Below, in pieces: positions 38,609 to 50,568 of a stretch of DNA of 64,000 nt. The position numbers and the translations under genes were made by a program. Source of the stretch: an uncultured Gemmatimonadales bacterium. GTDB lineage: Bacteria > Gemmatimonadota > Gemmatimonadetes > Gemmatimonadales > GWC2-71-9. The stretch covers positions 2,144,001 through 2,208,000 of the forward strand of contig CAVUAK010000001.1 in the NCBI GenBank assembly GCA_963739455.1, in the 5' to 3' direction. Under the pieces are notes generated by a model. It was not told the origin of the DNA, ran no database searches, and saw nothing but the letters and a program-made list of their open reading frames with translations. Every line of letters begins with the position of its first letter. The first letter of the stretch is position 1.

Positions 38609-38803
38609 ATGGACACACGTGACTGGCCCGAGTGCCTCAAGTGCAACGCAGGATCGCTGATTCCCCTCTCCGACTACGGCCGCGACGGCGCGCCGATTAC
38701 CTACAAAGCCTGGGTCTGCACCAACCCCGATTGCGGATTCAACCTCCGCATCGACAACGGGGAAATTTCGTTTGGCCGCGTAATAGGCCAGAGTCACAAG
38801 TGA
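38609..38803 (+). CDS. Small zinc-ribbon protein (64 aa)
   Basis: CLKC and CTNPDC pairs; GGAGG RBS. Confidence 0.75.
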   Translation: MDTRDWPECLKCNAGSLIPLSDYGRDGAPITYKAWVCTNPDCGFNLRIDNGEISFGRVIGQSHK

Positions 38804-38863
38804 GGTGAGGGGTGAGGGGTAAGGGGGCGATCGGATCGACGCCCTCACCCCTCACCCTTCACC
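38800..38863. repeat. Inverted pair of heptamer arrays (GTGAGGG)n ... (CCCTCAC)n
   Basis: gtgaggtgaggggtgaggggtaagggg ... ccctcacccctcacccttcacc; can fold into a hairpin. Confidence 0.85.
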
Positions 38864-38872
38864 ATCCTCTCA

Positions 38873-40426
38873 ATGCCCTTGCTTCCGGTCTTGTCCCCTT
38901 CTCAGTCCGCTGCCTGGGATGCCCGCGCCGAGCGGGCCGGCATCGCGCTTGGCACACTCATGGAATCGGCGGGGCGCGCGGCGGCGGCGGTGCTGCTGCG
39001 CGAGTTCCCCCACGCGGCAAGGCAGGGCGTGCTGGTCGCGGCCGGCACCGGGCACAATGGTGGTGACGGCTGGGTGCTGGCGCGCGCGCTGCACCGGCTG
39101 GATGTGCCGGTCTGGGTGGCGTCGCTCACGGGTGAACCGGCGCCGCTCACTGCCCGCGTTGCCGCGCTCGCGCGCGCGGAGGGCGTGCGCGAAGTCGCTC
39201 CCGACGGACCGTGGCCCACGCTGGGACTCGTGGTCGATGCCATCCTCGGTACGGGCGCCAGTGGCGCGCCGCGAGCCGCTGCCGCGGCATTGCTCGAGCG
39301 CCTGCTGGACCTCAACCTTGCCGTGCTCGCCATTGACGGACCAACCGGGCTCGACCTTGGCACCGGCGTGGTACACGGCATCACCCGCGCCGACGTGACG
39401 GTGACCTTCGGCGGGTTCCGGCGCGGCCACCTGCTGGCGCGCGACGAGGTGGGTGACCTGGTGGTGGCGGACATCGGACATCCACCGGCCGAGGCGGGGC
39501 CGCCACTCTTTGTCACCGATGCCTTTGCCGCGGCGCGTTTGCCCGCGCTGCACGCCTCCGACCACAAGGGCGAGCGCGGCCGTGTCGTGGTGCTCGGTGG
39601 TGATGCTGGAATGAGTGGCGCGGCGCGACTCGCGGGGCGCGCGGCGTTCGCTGCCGGTGCCGGACTGGTGCACGTGGTGTCGGGAGCGGACACGATCGCT
39701 GCCATTCGTGCCGCGGAGCCCGACCTGCAGACGCTCATGCACCCCTTGTCCGGTGATGTGGGCGACGAGCTGAAGGGGCTGCTGGAGCGTGCCCATGCGG
39801 TGGTGATCGGGCCAGGCCTCGGTCGCGGCGAGGGCAAGGCGGCGTTCGTGCTTGCCTGTCTCGCGCTGGCGAAGCGCGCGGTGATCGATGCCGATGCGCT
39901 CGTCGCGTTGCAGGGCAGGGTGCCGGACCTGGTACGCCTCGCCGCGCAGAGGGGCATCGTGCTCACGCCCCATGCGGGCGAGTTCCGCACGCTGTTCCCG
40001 GCACTGGCGTCGGAGCGGGACATGGATCCCTGGGGCGCTGCAGAGCATGCGGCGGAGCAGTGCGGCGCCACCATGCTGCTGAAAGGGGTTCCCACGGCGA
40101 TTGCGCGCAGTGGCCGCCCGCCGCTTACCGTGGCGGCGGGGAACCCTGGCCTCGCCACCGGCGGAAGCGGCGATGTCCTCAGCGGCATTCTCGGCGCGCT
40201 GCTCGCTCGCGACATCGAGACCGAGGTAGCGGCTGCGGTGGCGGCCCAGGCACTGGGGCGAGCCGCCGATCTTGCGGCGCGCCGTGTCACCGCCCGCGGA
40301 ATGAGGCCCATGGACGTGATCGGAGCCTTGCCCGACTTGTGGCGCGAGTGGGACGTGATGCTCCGCACCGGCAGCACGGCAGAATCGCCGGTGCTGCTGC
40401 GCCTGCCCAAGCCGAGACTCGTGTGA
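38873..40426 (+). CDS. nnr: Bifunctional NAD(P)H-hydrate epimerase/dehydratase
   Basis: LMESAG, GHNGGDG, DAILGTG, HKG.RG, DADAL, TPHAGEF and ATGGSGDVL motifs. Confidence 0.93.
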   Translation: MPLLPVLSPSQSAAWDARAERAGIALGTLMESAGRAAAAVLLREFPHAARQGVLVAAGTGHNGGDGWVLARALHRLDVPVWVASLTGEPAPLTARVAALARAEGVREVAPDGPWPTLGLVVDAILGTGASGAPRAAAAALLERLLDLNLAVLAIDGPTGLDLGTGVVHGITRADVTVTFGGFRRGHLLARDEVGDLVVADIGHPPAEAGPPLFVTDAFAAARLPALHASDHKGERGRVVVLGGDAGMSGAARLAGRAAFAAGAGLVHVVSGADTIAAIRAAEPDLQTLMHPLSGDVGDELKGLLERAHAVVIGPGLGRGEGKAAFVLACLALAKRAVIDADALVALQGRVPDLVRLAAQRGIVLTPHAGEFRTLFPALASERDMDPWGAAEHAAEQCGATMLLKGVPTAIARSGRPPLTVAAGNPGLATGGSGDVLSGILGALLARDIETEVAAAVAAQALGRAADLAARRVTARGMRPMDVIGALPDLWREWDVMLRTGSTAESPVLLRLPKPRLV

Positions 40427-41998
40427 GGTGTCGAGCGTTCGCGCTGCTCGCCGTGCTGGCGGCCGCGCCACCTGCTCTTCAGGCGCAACGCGCGCGCGAC
40501 TGGCCTCCCGCTGATCGCGTCGTTATTGGCGACTTCAGTGTCGTCCGCGCGGTCGCGTCGGGGATCGACCGGCTCTACGTCGTTGGCAGCACCGGGGTGC
40601 TGATCAATCGCCCGCTCGAGCAGCGGTGGGAGGGACCGTTCAATCCTCCTGGCAATACGCCGCTGGAGCGCGTGCTGCTGGCGCAGGTCGATCCCATCGA
40701 CCAGTCGCTCTGGATGGTGACGGCGAACAGCTGGCTCAACCTGCAGCCGGAACTCCAGCTGTGGTCCGGCGGCACCGTGTCGGGCAACGTGCGCTCGATC
40801 GCCATCGACGAGGCCGACCCCGCGGGCGGCCTTCGCATCAACACGAGCGCCGGGTGGTTCCGGGTGACGAGCGGATCGCCGGTCTCGACCCCATCGAGCG
40901 CACCTGCGCGCCCGCTCCGCCCGTCGACGGTGCAGCAGGCCATCGATGCCAACCCGTCCCTCCGCTCGAACTCCGTCCTCGCCCTGCGTGACGCCCGGGG
41001 TCGCGCCACGACCTTTACCTGCGCAGCGCCGTCCCCCGACAGGATCGGATGGTACCTCGGTACTTCGGGATCGGGACTGCTGTTCATCCGCCCGGGCGAT
41101 GCAGCGCCGGAGCGACAGGCGTTCGGGCTCTCCGGGGACCGGGTCGGCGCCCTGTACTCGTCGCCCGGCGGTATCTGGGTCGCCACCGATCGTACCGAGC
41201 TGTCTGATGCGGCGGTGACATTCCTCTCGAGCGACCTAGTCACCTCGAAGACCCTGGCCGGCGGAGCCACGCTGGGCCTCGGGTATAGCCAGGTGCGCCG
41301 CATGACCGGGATGAATCGCAGCCTCTTCCTGGCCACTGACGTCGGCGTGACCCAGCTGGAGGTCGCATCGGGCCGCACGCGGTTCTTCGGCGCGGGGAGT
41401 TCGATGCCCGACCCCCGCACCAACATGGTGATCGGGCGGACGAGGGACGGTGCTGGTCGGCACCGCACGAGGCCTGTCGCGCATTACCGACTCGTTGAAC
41501 GTCGTTCGCCTCGCACCGGAGTTCCTGGAGCCGGTGCTCGCGCTGGAGACGGAGGGCGACAGCATCTGGATCGGCACTCCCAACGGGCTGCTGCTGTTGC
41601 CGCCGGAGGCGAAACGACCGGGGCGCACACCGGGGCTGGCCAGTTCCGCCTCGTTGCGTGCACCGGTGGTGGCCATAGCCTGGCTGGGCGACACGCTGGT
41701 GGCACTCACGATCGACCAGCTCCTCTGGCGCATGCCGGGTACCGATGAGTGGACGCTGGGGCCGATTCTCTCGCCGATACTCGGCCGACTGCGCGTGTTC
41801 ACCCTGTTCGATGACGGTTTCTTCATTGCGGGCGACCGCGGCCTGGGCTATGCGGGGCTGCGCACGCCGCCCCAGCGACCGCTGCTCGGAGCCGAGCATC
41901 CCGGGTTGATTCGCGACCTCACCGTGGAGGATGGCTACCTCTGGGAAGCGACCGATCGCGGGCTGGTACGCTGGCGCATCGACGCGATCCTGCCATGA
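40423..41998 (+). CDS. Secreted beta-propeller-like hypothetical protein (frameshift near 41440)
   Basis: Signal peptide; repeated W.(G/A)T..G blades (WYLGTSGSG, IWVATDR, IWIGTPNG, LWEATDRG). Confidence 0.7.
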
Positions 41999-42963
41999 CC
42001 CACCTCCCCCTTGGACCCGGTCGCGAGTTCGAGCGCATCCGCGCCATCGAGGCGGCGCTGGGCGGCAAGGCCTCGGCCCTGGGCGACGATTGCGCGCTGA
42101 TCCCCTTCGACAACGGGGACATGCTGGCGCTGAGCACCGACACGAGCCTCGAGGGCACGCACTTCCGGCGCGACTGGCTCACGCCCGATGAGATCGGCTG
42201 GCGTGCCGCCGCATCGGCGCTTTCCGACCTCGCCGCCGAGGGCGCCGAGGTGATCGGCCTGCTCGCGGCGCTGACGCTGCCGGGCGACATCACCGACGCA
42301 ATGGTCACGGCGATGATGAGCGGCATCGGCGCGTGCGTGAGCGAGGTGGGCGGCAAGGTGCTGGGCGGCGACCTGACGCGGGGGACGTCGCTCTCGCTGA
42401 CGGTGACGGTGGTGGGTCGCGCGCCACGCGCGGTGACGCGTCGCGGCGCCAGGCCGGGAGACGGGATCTGGGTGACCGGAACGCTCGGGAAGCGCGCGGG
42501 CCGCGCTCACCGCCTGGGATTCCGGTCGCGAACCGCGTCCCACGACGCGGATCGCCTTCGCGCGCCCGCTGCCGCGCATTGCCGCGGGCCGGTTCCTGGC
42601 GGACGTGGGCGCCACGGCGATGCTCGACCTGAGCGATGGCCTCGCCGGTGATGCGCGTCACCTCGCTGCGGCGTCGGGTGTGGCGCTCGACATCGATCTC
42701 GCGAAGCTGCCGATCGGTGCCGGGGTCTCCGAAGCGGCGTCGGCGCTCAACGTGTCAGCGGCGGCGTTCGCCGGCGGAAGGTGGCGAGGACTATGAACTG
42801 CTCGCGACGCTTGCCGCCGCGGGTCGCGGCAAAGCTCAAGCGTGGCGCCACCGAGGTGGGAGTACCATTCACCCTCATCGGCAGCGTGCAGGCGGGGGAG
42901 GGTGTCAGGCTGCACCTCGATGGCGCGGAGGTCTCGATCGCGGGCTACGATCACTTTCGATGA
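41995..42963 (+). CDS. thiL: Thiamine-monophosphate kinase (frameshifts near 42490 and 42775)
   Basis: GDDCA, EGTHF, SDLAA.G, GGDL, DLSDGL and GGEDYEL motifs across frames. Confidence 0.92.
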
Positions 42964-43682
42964 TCCGCAGCCTCGTCTTTACCGTCGCGACTCGTGGCAC
43001 GCACGGTCTGGAGCACCCTTCGCCTCGTCGTCGCGTGGCTCAGGCGGGTGCCGTCCGGGCCCGGGCAGCATCTATGAACAGATACCGCGCGCAGTGGGCG
43101 AGCGACCTGCTCGCGTCGGCGCAGATCGAGGTCCGGGTGCGTGGGCGCGAACACCTCGATGGGGTGGGCACCTGCGTCTACTGTGCCAACCATTCCTCGT
43201 TCGTGGATCCCGGGGCGTTGATTGGTGCGGTGCCCGGTTCGGTGCGGTTCGTCGCCAAGCGGTCACTGTTCCGGGTGCCATTCTTCGGCACGGCGCTGCG
43301 GATCACCGGACAGATCCCGATCGATCGCACCAACCGTGATGCCGCGATGGACTCGTTCGCCGAGGCTGCGCAGGTGCTGCGTGATGGCGTATCGGCGGCG
43401 GTCTTCGTGGAGGGAACCCGGAGCCGGGACGGCTCCCTCCAGCCGTTCAAGAAGGGGGCGTTCGTGCTGGCGATCAGCCTCCAGGCCCCATGCGTGCCGG
43501 TGTACATCGCGGGAGCCCGCGCCCTGATGCCCCGGGGTGGCTTCGTGCCGCGTCCGGGGACGGTCGAGGTGCGGATCGGCGAGCCAATTCCGACGGCGGG
43601 AATGACCTATGAGCAGCGTGATGCCCTGCGGGACCGTTGCTGGCAGGCCATGAGCGCGCTGGCCGTTTCCCAGTTACGTTAG
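42960..43682 (+). CDS. plsC: 1-acyl-sn-glycerol-3-phosphate acyltransferase (PlsC-like; N-terminus looks error-garbled)
   Basis: NHSSFVD, F.EGTRS and PFKKGAF motifs. Confidence 0.85.
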   Translation: MIRSLVFTVATRGTHGLEHPSPRRRVAQAGAVRARAASMNRYRAQWASDLLASAQIEVRVRGREHLDGVGTCVYCANHSSFVDPGALIGAVPGSVRFVAKRSLFRVPFFGTALRITGQIPIDRTNRDAAMDSFAEAAQVLRDGVSAAVFVEGTRSRDGSLQPFKKGAFVLAISLQAPCVPVYIAGARALMPRGGFVPRPGTVEVRIGEPIPTAGMTYEQRDALRDRCWQAMSALAVSQLR

Positions 43683-43708
43683 CCCATCACCTTTTTCACT
43701 GGATCCGG

Positions 43709-45313
<1,605 letters not shown>

Positions 45314-45317
<4 letters not shown>

Positions 45318-47131
45318 GCGAACTGCTCGCGGCGGCCCTTGGCGTGGTAAAGACCAGGGCACTGCCACTCGCCGCCTTCGCGCTCCTCTTCCGGCTTACG
45401 CAGGCGGCGCTCCTCCTGCCGGTGCTCGCCATGGCCGGCCGAACCCTTACCGGTCGTCCGGTCATCGACAGCACCGACCTGGTGCGGTTCGCGCTGTCGC
45501 CACGCGGAATCATCACCATCGGACTGACCGGGTCGGTGCTCCTCACGCTGTACCTGATGGAGCAGACCGGTCTCGCGGCGATCGCCGTCGGGCACCTGCA
45601 CGGCGTGAAGGTGTCGGTCACTGACGCCTACCACCTGGTCGGCGCCAGCATGTTCGCGCTGCTTCGTCTCGCGGTGGCGCTGCTCTGGCGCGTGCTGCTG
45701 ATCATCCTGCCGCTGCTCATGCTGGCGGGGTTTCTCGCGTGGAAGTTCCTCCGCAATCGCGACATCCACTACTACCTCGACCTCAAGCCCCCAGCCGCCA
45801 TCGCGGCGGCGGCCGTGCTCGCCGTCCTGGCGCTCGCGACCGCGATCACGCTGGCGTACTGGGTGCTCCACTGGCGCATGTCGGTGCCGCTGACTGCGCT
45901 GGAGGGACTGCCTGCAAGCGAGGCGCTCCGGAAGAGTGCACTGATCGTGCATCCGGTGTGGTTCAGGCTGGCGCTCTACTGGGTGCTGATCCTGGGGACA
46001 GGCGCGCTCTTCTCGTCTGCCGTCGCCTGGGTGGTGCACCAGGTTGGCCTCATGGTGCTTGGGCAAGGTGTGGCCCGGCTGGGGGTGATCGTCGTGGTCG
46101 GCATGGTCGCCATTGCCGCGGGGTTGCATGCGCTGATCGGCGGCGCCATGGCGGTTACCGATGCCACGCTGTTTGCCACCGCGTGGGATGCCCTTCGTGC
46201 AGGATCAAGGCCGGAGCTCACCGGGACGCTCCAGGGCATTGCGGCGCTGCCGGACGTCCTGCGGAATGACCAGGCGACGCGCATTGCCCTCTTCGCATCT
46301 GCCATCCTCTTCGCCGTCGGCGCGGTCAATGCCTGGCGCCTCAGTGATGGACTGGTGAAGAGCCTGCCGGTCCAGGTCACCGCGCACCGGGGCAGCTCGA
46401 AGGTGGCGCCGGAGAATTCGCTGAGCTCCATCCGCCAGGCCATTCTCGACGGCGCCGACTACGTCGAGGTCGACGTGCAGGAGACGGTGGACGGGGGCCT
46501 GGTCCTGGTGCACGACGCCGATCTTGCCCGCGTGGCGGGCGTGCCGCGTCGCGTCACCGAGATGACGCTGGCCGAGGTGAAGGAGGCGGAGATCGGTTCG
46601 CGCTTCAACGCCAGCTTCACCGGCGAGCGGATCCCGACGCTCGACGAGGCGCTGGAGGCGGTGGACGGGAAGGCGCACCTCAACATCGAGCTCAAGTATT
46701 TTCCCGGTGCGCAGCGGCTGGCGGAGCGGGTGGTGCAGGCGGTGCGCGCGCGCGGAATGTCGGATGACGTGGTCATCCAGTCGCTCAGTTACGAGGGCAT
46801 CCAGGAAGTGCGCCGGCTGGCGCCTCGAATCCGCGCGGGGTACCTCATCCCCCTGCCAGTGCGGAACCCGGAACGGCTGGATGTGGACTTCTACGCGGTG
46901 AGCCAGCGGCTGATCGACCCGACATTCCTGCTGCAGGCACACCGGCGAGGTCGGCAGGTGTTTGCCTGGACGGTGAACGACACGACGCAGATGGTGGCGC
47001 TGGCGGGGATGGGCGTGGACAACCTGATCACGTCGGTGCCGGCGGAAGCGGTGCGGGTGCTCCGGGAGCACTGGGCGAAGAACCCGGTGGAGCTCCGGCT
47101 GGCCCGGCTTCGCGCCTGGCTCGGGGGCTAG
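45314..47131 (+). CDS. Membrane-domain glycerophosphodiester phosphodiesterase
   Basis: About 7 TM N-terminus; AHRG....PENS, EVDVQ, NIELK and WTVN motifs. Confidence 0.9.
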
Positions 47132-47168
47132 GAGGGCGGGGGGTCCGGAATTAGGTTTTCCTGCCCTT

Positions 47169-47242
47169 GGCAGGGTAGCTCAGGTGGTTAGAGCACGGCA
47201 CTCATAATGCCGGGGTCGCGGGTTCGAGTCCCGCCCCTGCTA
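47169..47242 (+). tRNA. tRNA-Met (CAT), probably elongator; CCA not encoded
   Basis: GGCAGGGTAGCTCAGGTGGTTAGAGCACGGCACTCATAATGCCGGGGTCGCGGGTTCGAGTCCCGCCCCTGCTA; lacks the initiator GGG/CCC anticodon stem; Ile2 is not excluded. Confidence 0.93.
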
Positions 47243-47243
47243 T

Positions 47244-47269
47244 GCCCCCGAACTGGGGGCTTTTTTCTT
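47244..47269 (+). terminator. Intrinsic terminator after tRNA
   Basis: GCCCCC-GAACT-GGGGGC then TTTTTTCTT. Confidence 0.85.
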
Positions 47270-47334
47270 GCCCCTCTTGCAACCATTCCTGTCGCGCGCC
47301 TGTCCTATCCTCAAATCACCTGAGGAATGTGACG

Positions 47335-49794
47335 ATGGCAGACCTGCGGCACGACACCATCAGCGATGTTGCCTACGCGCTCCGCAACCTGGCCCGCAAC
47401 CCCGGGTTCGCAGCGGTCGTCATCCTCACTCTCGCGCTTGGCATCGGCGGCACGACAGCCGTCTTCAGTGCCGTCGACGCCGTGCTGCTCAAGCCGTTGC
47501 CCTTCCAGGAGCCCGGCCAGCTCGTGCGTGTCTACGGCCATGGCGTCCAGAATCCCGGGGCACACAATTTCGTCACGCCAGTCCATTACATCGAGTACCG
47601 GGAGCAGCTCGCCTCACTCGAGGGGCTCGCCGCCATCCTGACGTACAATCAAACCGGGGCGGACATCGGCTCCGGCGACGCGGCGCGGCGCATCCGCACC
47701 CTCCCAACGAGTGCCAACTACTTCGACGTGCTCCGGGTGCACCCCACACTGGGGCGGGCATACCAGGTGGACGGGGAATACGGGACGGGCATCGAGGACA
47801 ACGTCGATGGCGCACCCATGGTGGTGCTGAGTCACGACCTCTGGGAACGCGAATTCCGCGGAGACCCAGCGGCGATCGGCCAGAGCCTGTTGATGAGCGG
47901 CCGGCGCTACGAAGTGCTGGGTGTGATGCCGAAGGGCTTCACGGACCCGGTGGTCGGCGCGGTAGACGCCTGGGTGCCGATTGACCTTCGGCAGGGCAGG
48001 GACCCGAATGAAGCCAACAACCACTACCTGTCGCTCATCGGGCGCGTCCGCGCCGGCGTGCCACTCGCCCAGGCCCAGGACGAACTCGACCGCCTCTCCC
48101 TCCGGCTCGCCGAACAGTATCCCTCTGCCAGGGATGAGCGGGCCCATTTCTATCCGTTGAAGGAGGACATCGTCGGCGCCTCGACCAGCCGCTCGCTCCA
48201 GATCATGCTCGGCGCGGTCGGGTTCGTCCTGCTGCTGGTCTGCGTCAACGTGGCGAACCTGATGCTCGTGCGGGGATCAGAGCGTACCCGCGAGTTTGCC
48301 GTGCGGTCGGCGCTCGGTGCAGGACGCATGCGGATCGTGCGCCAGTTGCTGGCCGAGAGCTTGACACTTGCCGTGGCGGGAGCGCTGGCGGGCCTGCTCG
48401 TCGCCCGACTGGCCATGCAAGCGATCGTGGCACTGGGTGCCGGGAACATTCCGCGCCTTGGGGGCCTTTCCTTCAATCCGTGGCTCCTGGTGTTCGCCCT
48501 GGTGCTGAGCGGCGGGTGCGCCGTGCTCTTCGGGCTGACCCCGGCGATCAGGGCGGCGCGGGTCCAGCCGGGCGACGCCCTGCGCGACCAGAGTCGCGCG
48601 AACTCGAGCGGCGCTCGTTCACTCCGTGCCCGCGAATGGCTGGTCGTCTCGCAGGTGGCGATTGCGTTCGTGCTGCTCGTGGGTGCCGGCCTCCTGCTGT
48701 CCTCGTTCCAGAAGATCTCCCACGTCGAGCTCGGTGTGCACACCGACGGTGTCCTGACCTTCCAGCTCAACCTTCCGGCGTCCCAATACGACTCGACGGC
48801 GCGCGTCAACTTCTTCGAGTCATTCGCCGAACAGGTGGCGGCCTTGCCCGGCGTAAAGGCGGCGGGTGGCATCTCCAGGCTTCCGGCCACCGGCGCTTAC
48901 CACCAGTGGGGAGTCCGGGCACTCAGCGGGCCGCTGACCGGTGATAATGACCGGAACGGGATCGGCGGAGCGCAGAACCGGGTGGTATCGGGCGATTACT
49001 TCCGCGCGGTGGGAATCCCGGTCAAGGCCGGGCGCACTTTTGACGCTGGCGACGACAGCCACGCGCCCGATCGGGTCGTGATCAGCCAGAGCCTGGCCGC
49101 GCGACTGTTCCCGGGGACGAGTGCGCTGGGCCAGCGGCTGCGGACCGGTGGTCGCGAGAGTGAGGTCATCGGCGTGGTGGGCGATGTCGCGGTGACCAAC
49201 GAAGGCACGGAAGACATGTACGTCTACCATGCGCATCGCCAGTTCGCCGGGGACCGCAACTGGCCGCTGTCCCAGGTGATCGCCACGACCGGCTCCCCGA
49301 TGTCCCTGCAGCCGAAGATCCGGGAGATCCTTTCTGCCGCAGATCCCCGCCTCGTGATGTACCAACCCGCCTTGCTCGATGAGGTCGTCGGCGCCGGCGC
49401 CGCGCAGCGGCTCTTCATCATGCGCATCCTGGTCATCTTTGCCGCGATAGCGCTGGCACTCAGTGCACTCGGGCTATTTGGCGTTCTTTCCTACGGCGTC
49501 AAGCTGCGAGCGCGGGAGTTCGGCATCAGGATGGCACTGGGGGCGCAGCGACAGTCGATCGGTGCCATGGTCATGCGACAGGCGATGACGGTGGTCGCAG
49601 TCGGTGTCGCCATCGGGCTCGCGGCCGCGCTCCCGCTTTCCAGGCTGATGGCGGCGCTCCTGTTCCGGGTCAGTCCGCTGGACCCCCGCGTCATCGCCGG
49701 CTCGATTGCATTTACGGTGCTCGTGGCGGCGGTCGCCGCCTACCTGCCGGCGCATCGCGCCACGGGCGTGAACCCGCGCAGCATCATGCAGTAA
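47335..49794 (+). CDS. ADOP-type duplicated ABC permease (MacB/FtsX family)
   Basis: D..YALR.L...PGF......LTLALGIG; LL..C.NVANL...R..R.RE..VR.ALGA; second FtsX unit REFGIRMALGA. Confidence 0.92.
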   Translation: MADLRHDTISDVAYALRNLARNPGFAAVVILTLALGIGGTTAVFSAVDAVLLKPLPFQEPGQLVRVYGHGVQNPGAHNFVTPVHYIEYREQLASLEGLAAILTYNQTGADIGSGDAARRIRTLPTSANYFDVLRVHPTLGRAYQVDGEYGTGIEDNVDGAPMVVLSHDLWEREFRGDPAAIGQSLLMSGRRYEVLGVMPKGFTDPVVGAVDAWVPIDLRQGRDPNEANNHYLSLIGRVRAGVPLAQAQDELDRLSLRLAEQYPSARDERAHFYPLKEDIVGASTSRSLQIMLGAVGFVLLLVCVNVANLMLVRGSERTREFAVRSALGAGRMRIVRQLLAESLTLAVAGALAGLLVARLAMQAIVALGAGNIPRLGGLSFNPWLLVFALVLSGGCAVLFGLTPAIRAARVQPGDALRDQSRANSSGARSLRAREWLVVSQVAIAFVLLVGAGLLLSSFQKISHVELGVHTDGVLTFQLNLPASQYDSTARVNFFESFAEQVAALPGVKAAGGISRLPATGAYHQWGVRALSGPLTGDNDRNGIGGAQNRVVSGDYFRAVGIPVKAGRTFDAGDDSHAPDRVVISQSLAARLFPGTSALGQRLRTGGRESEVIGVVGDVAVTNEGTEDMYVYHAHRQFAGDRNWPLSQVIATTGSPMSLQPKIREILSAADPRLVMYQPALLDEVVGAGAAQRLFIMRILVIFAAIALALSALGLFGVLSYGVKLRAREFGIRMALGAQRQSIGAMVMRQAMTVVAVGVAIGLAAALPLSRLMAALLFRVSPLDPRVIAGSIAFTVLVAAVAAYLPAHRATGVNPRSIMQ

Positions 49795-49814
49795 GGTGAA
49801 CGGCGCGCCCTGGG

Positions 49815-50486
49815 CTAGTCCGGTGGGCGGATCACCAGGTTCCGGAAGTCGCCGACCGATGTCCCATGGACGAAATATCCCACTCCACCGGAGCGGTGGG
49901 GCGAGGGATTGACGACTGACAGCACCGGGATCTCGGCGCGGTCCAGGAAGACGTCGATGGCGGGCCCACGTACCCGCACCCGCACATGGATCCATCCCCC
50001 GGGATCGAGCGATGCGGGCACTGCCTTCTCGAAGACGCCGGGTTGCTCGGTGCGCAGCCTGTCCCAGGGGTACGCAGGGGACGACACGAACTGGACCGCA
50101 TGGGCCCGGCGCGCCGAGTCAGCCGCCTGGAAATTGAATGGCCGGAGATAGACGGCGTCGAAGCTGGTATCGCTGGCGATGTGAAACGCAATACCCACGA
50201 AGCTGTGGCCCGGAATGTCGCGGCCGCGGACGTCGAATTCGATGTCACCATCGGTGAACGCGAGCGCCGGAGACCACACGAGGCCGACGGTATCTGGTTC
50301 ACCAACGATTGCCAGGTACTCGCGCCCAGGCTCACCCTTCAGCTCGATGGTCCGGCTGAACAGGTGCCACCCCCCGGGTGGTGCCTGCGCACCTGTGAGG
50401 CTTGCCGGTACCGTGCCCTGCGCCAGTGCGCTGGAGGCCAGGAGGAGTCGCGCCACCGCCACCAGCGTATACGCCGGAAATCTCAT
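49815..50486 (-). CDS. Secreted DUF1080-like (ConA-like) protein
   Basis: Signal peptide; FTDGDIEFDV.G, FVGIAF, YLRPFNF and W.HVRV.V motifs. Confidence 0.65.
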   Translation of the reverse strand: MRFPAYTLVAVARLLLASSALAQGTVPASLTGAQAPPGGWHLFSRTIELKGEPGREYLAIVGEPDTVGLVWSPALAFTDGDIEFDVRGRDIPGHSFVGIAFHIASDTSFDAVYLRPFNFQAADSARRAHAVQFVSSPAYPWDRLRTEQPGVFEKAVPASLDPGGWIHVRVRVRGPAIDVFLDRAEIPVLSVVNPSPHRSGGVGYFVHGTSVGDFRNLVIRPPD

Positions 50487-50568
50487 TGCACATCCGTGGT
50501 TGCGAAGGAAATGCGATCACCTACCACGTCCGGACGCTTGCGAGCAAGGTGATGTTTCGTTTGCGCGA

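Noticed and set aside
47169..47269. tRNA-Met or tRNA-Ser as prophage/ICE attachment sites
   Set aside because: No integrase and no convincing duplicated tRNA 3' end occur within the window.
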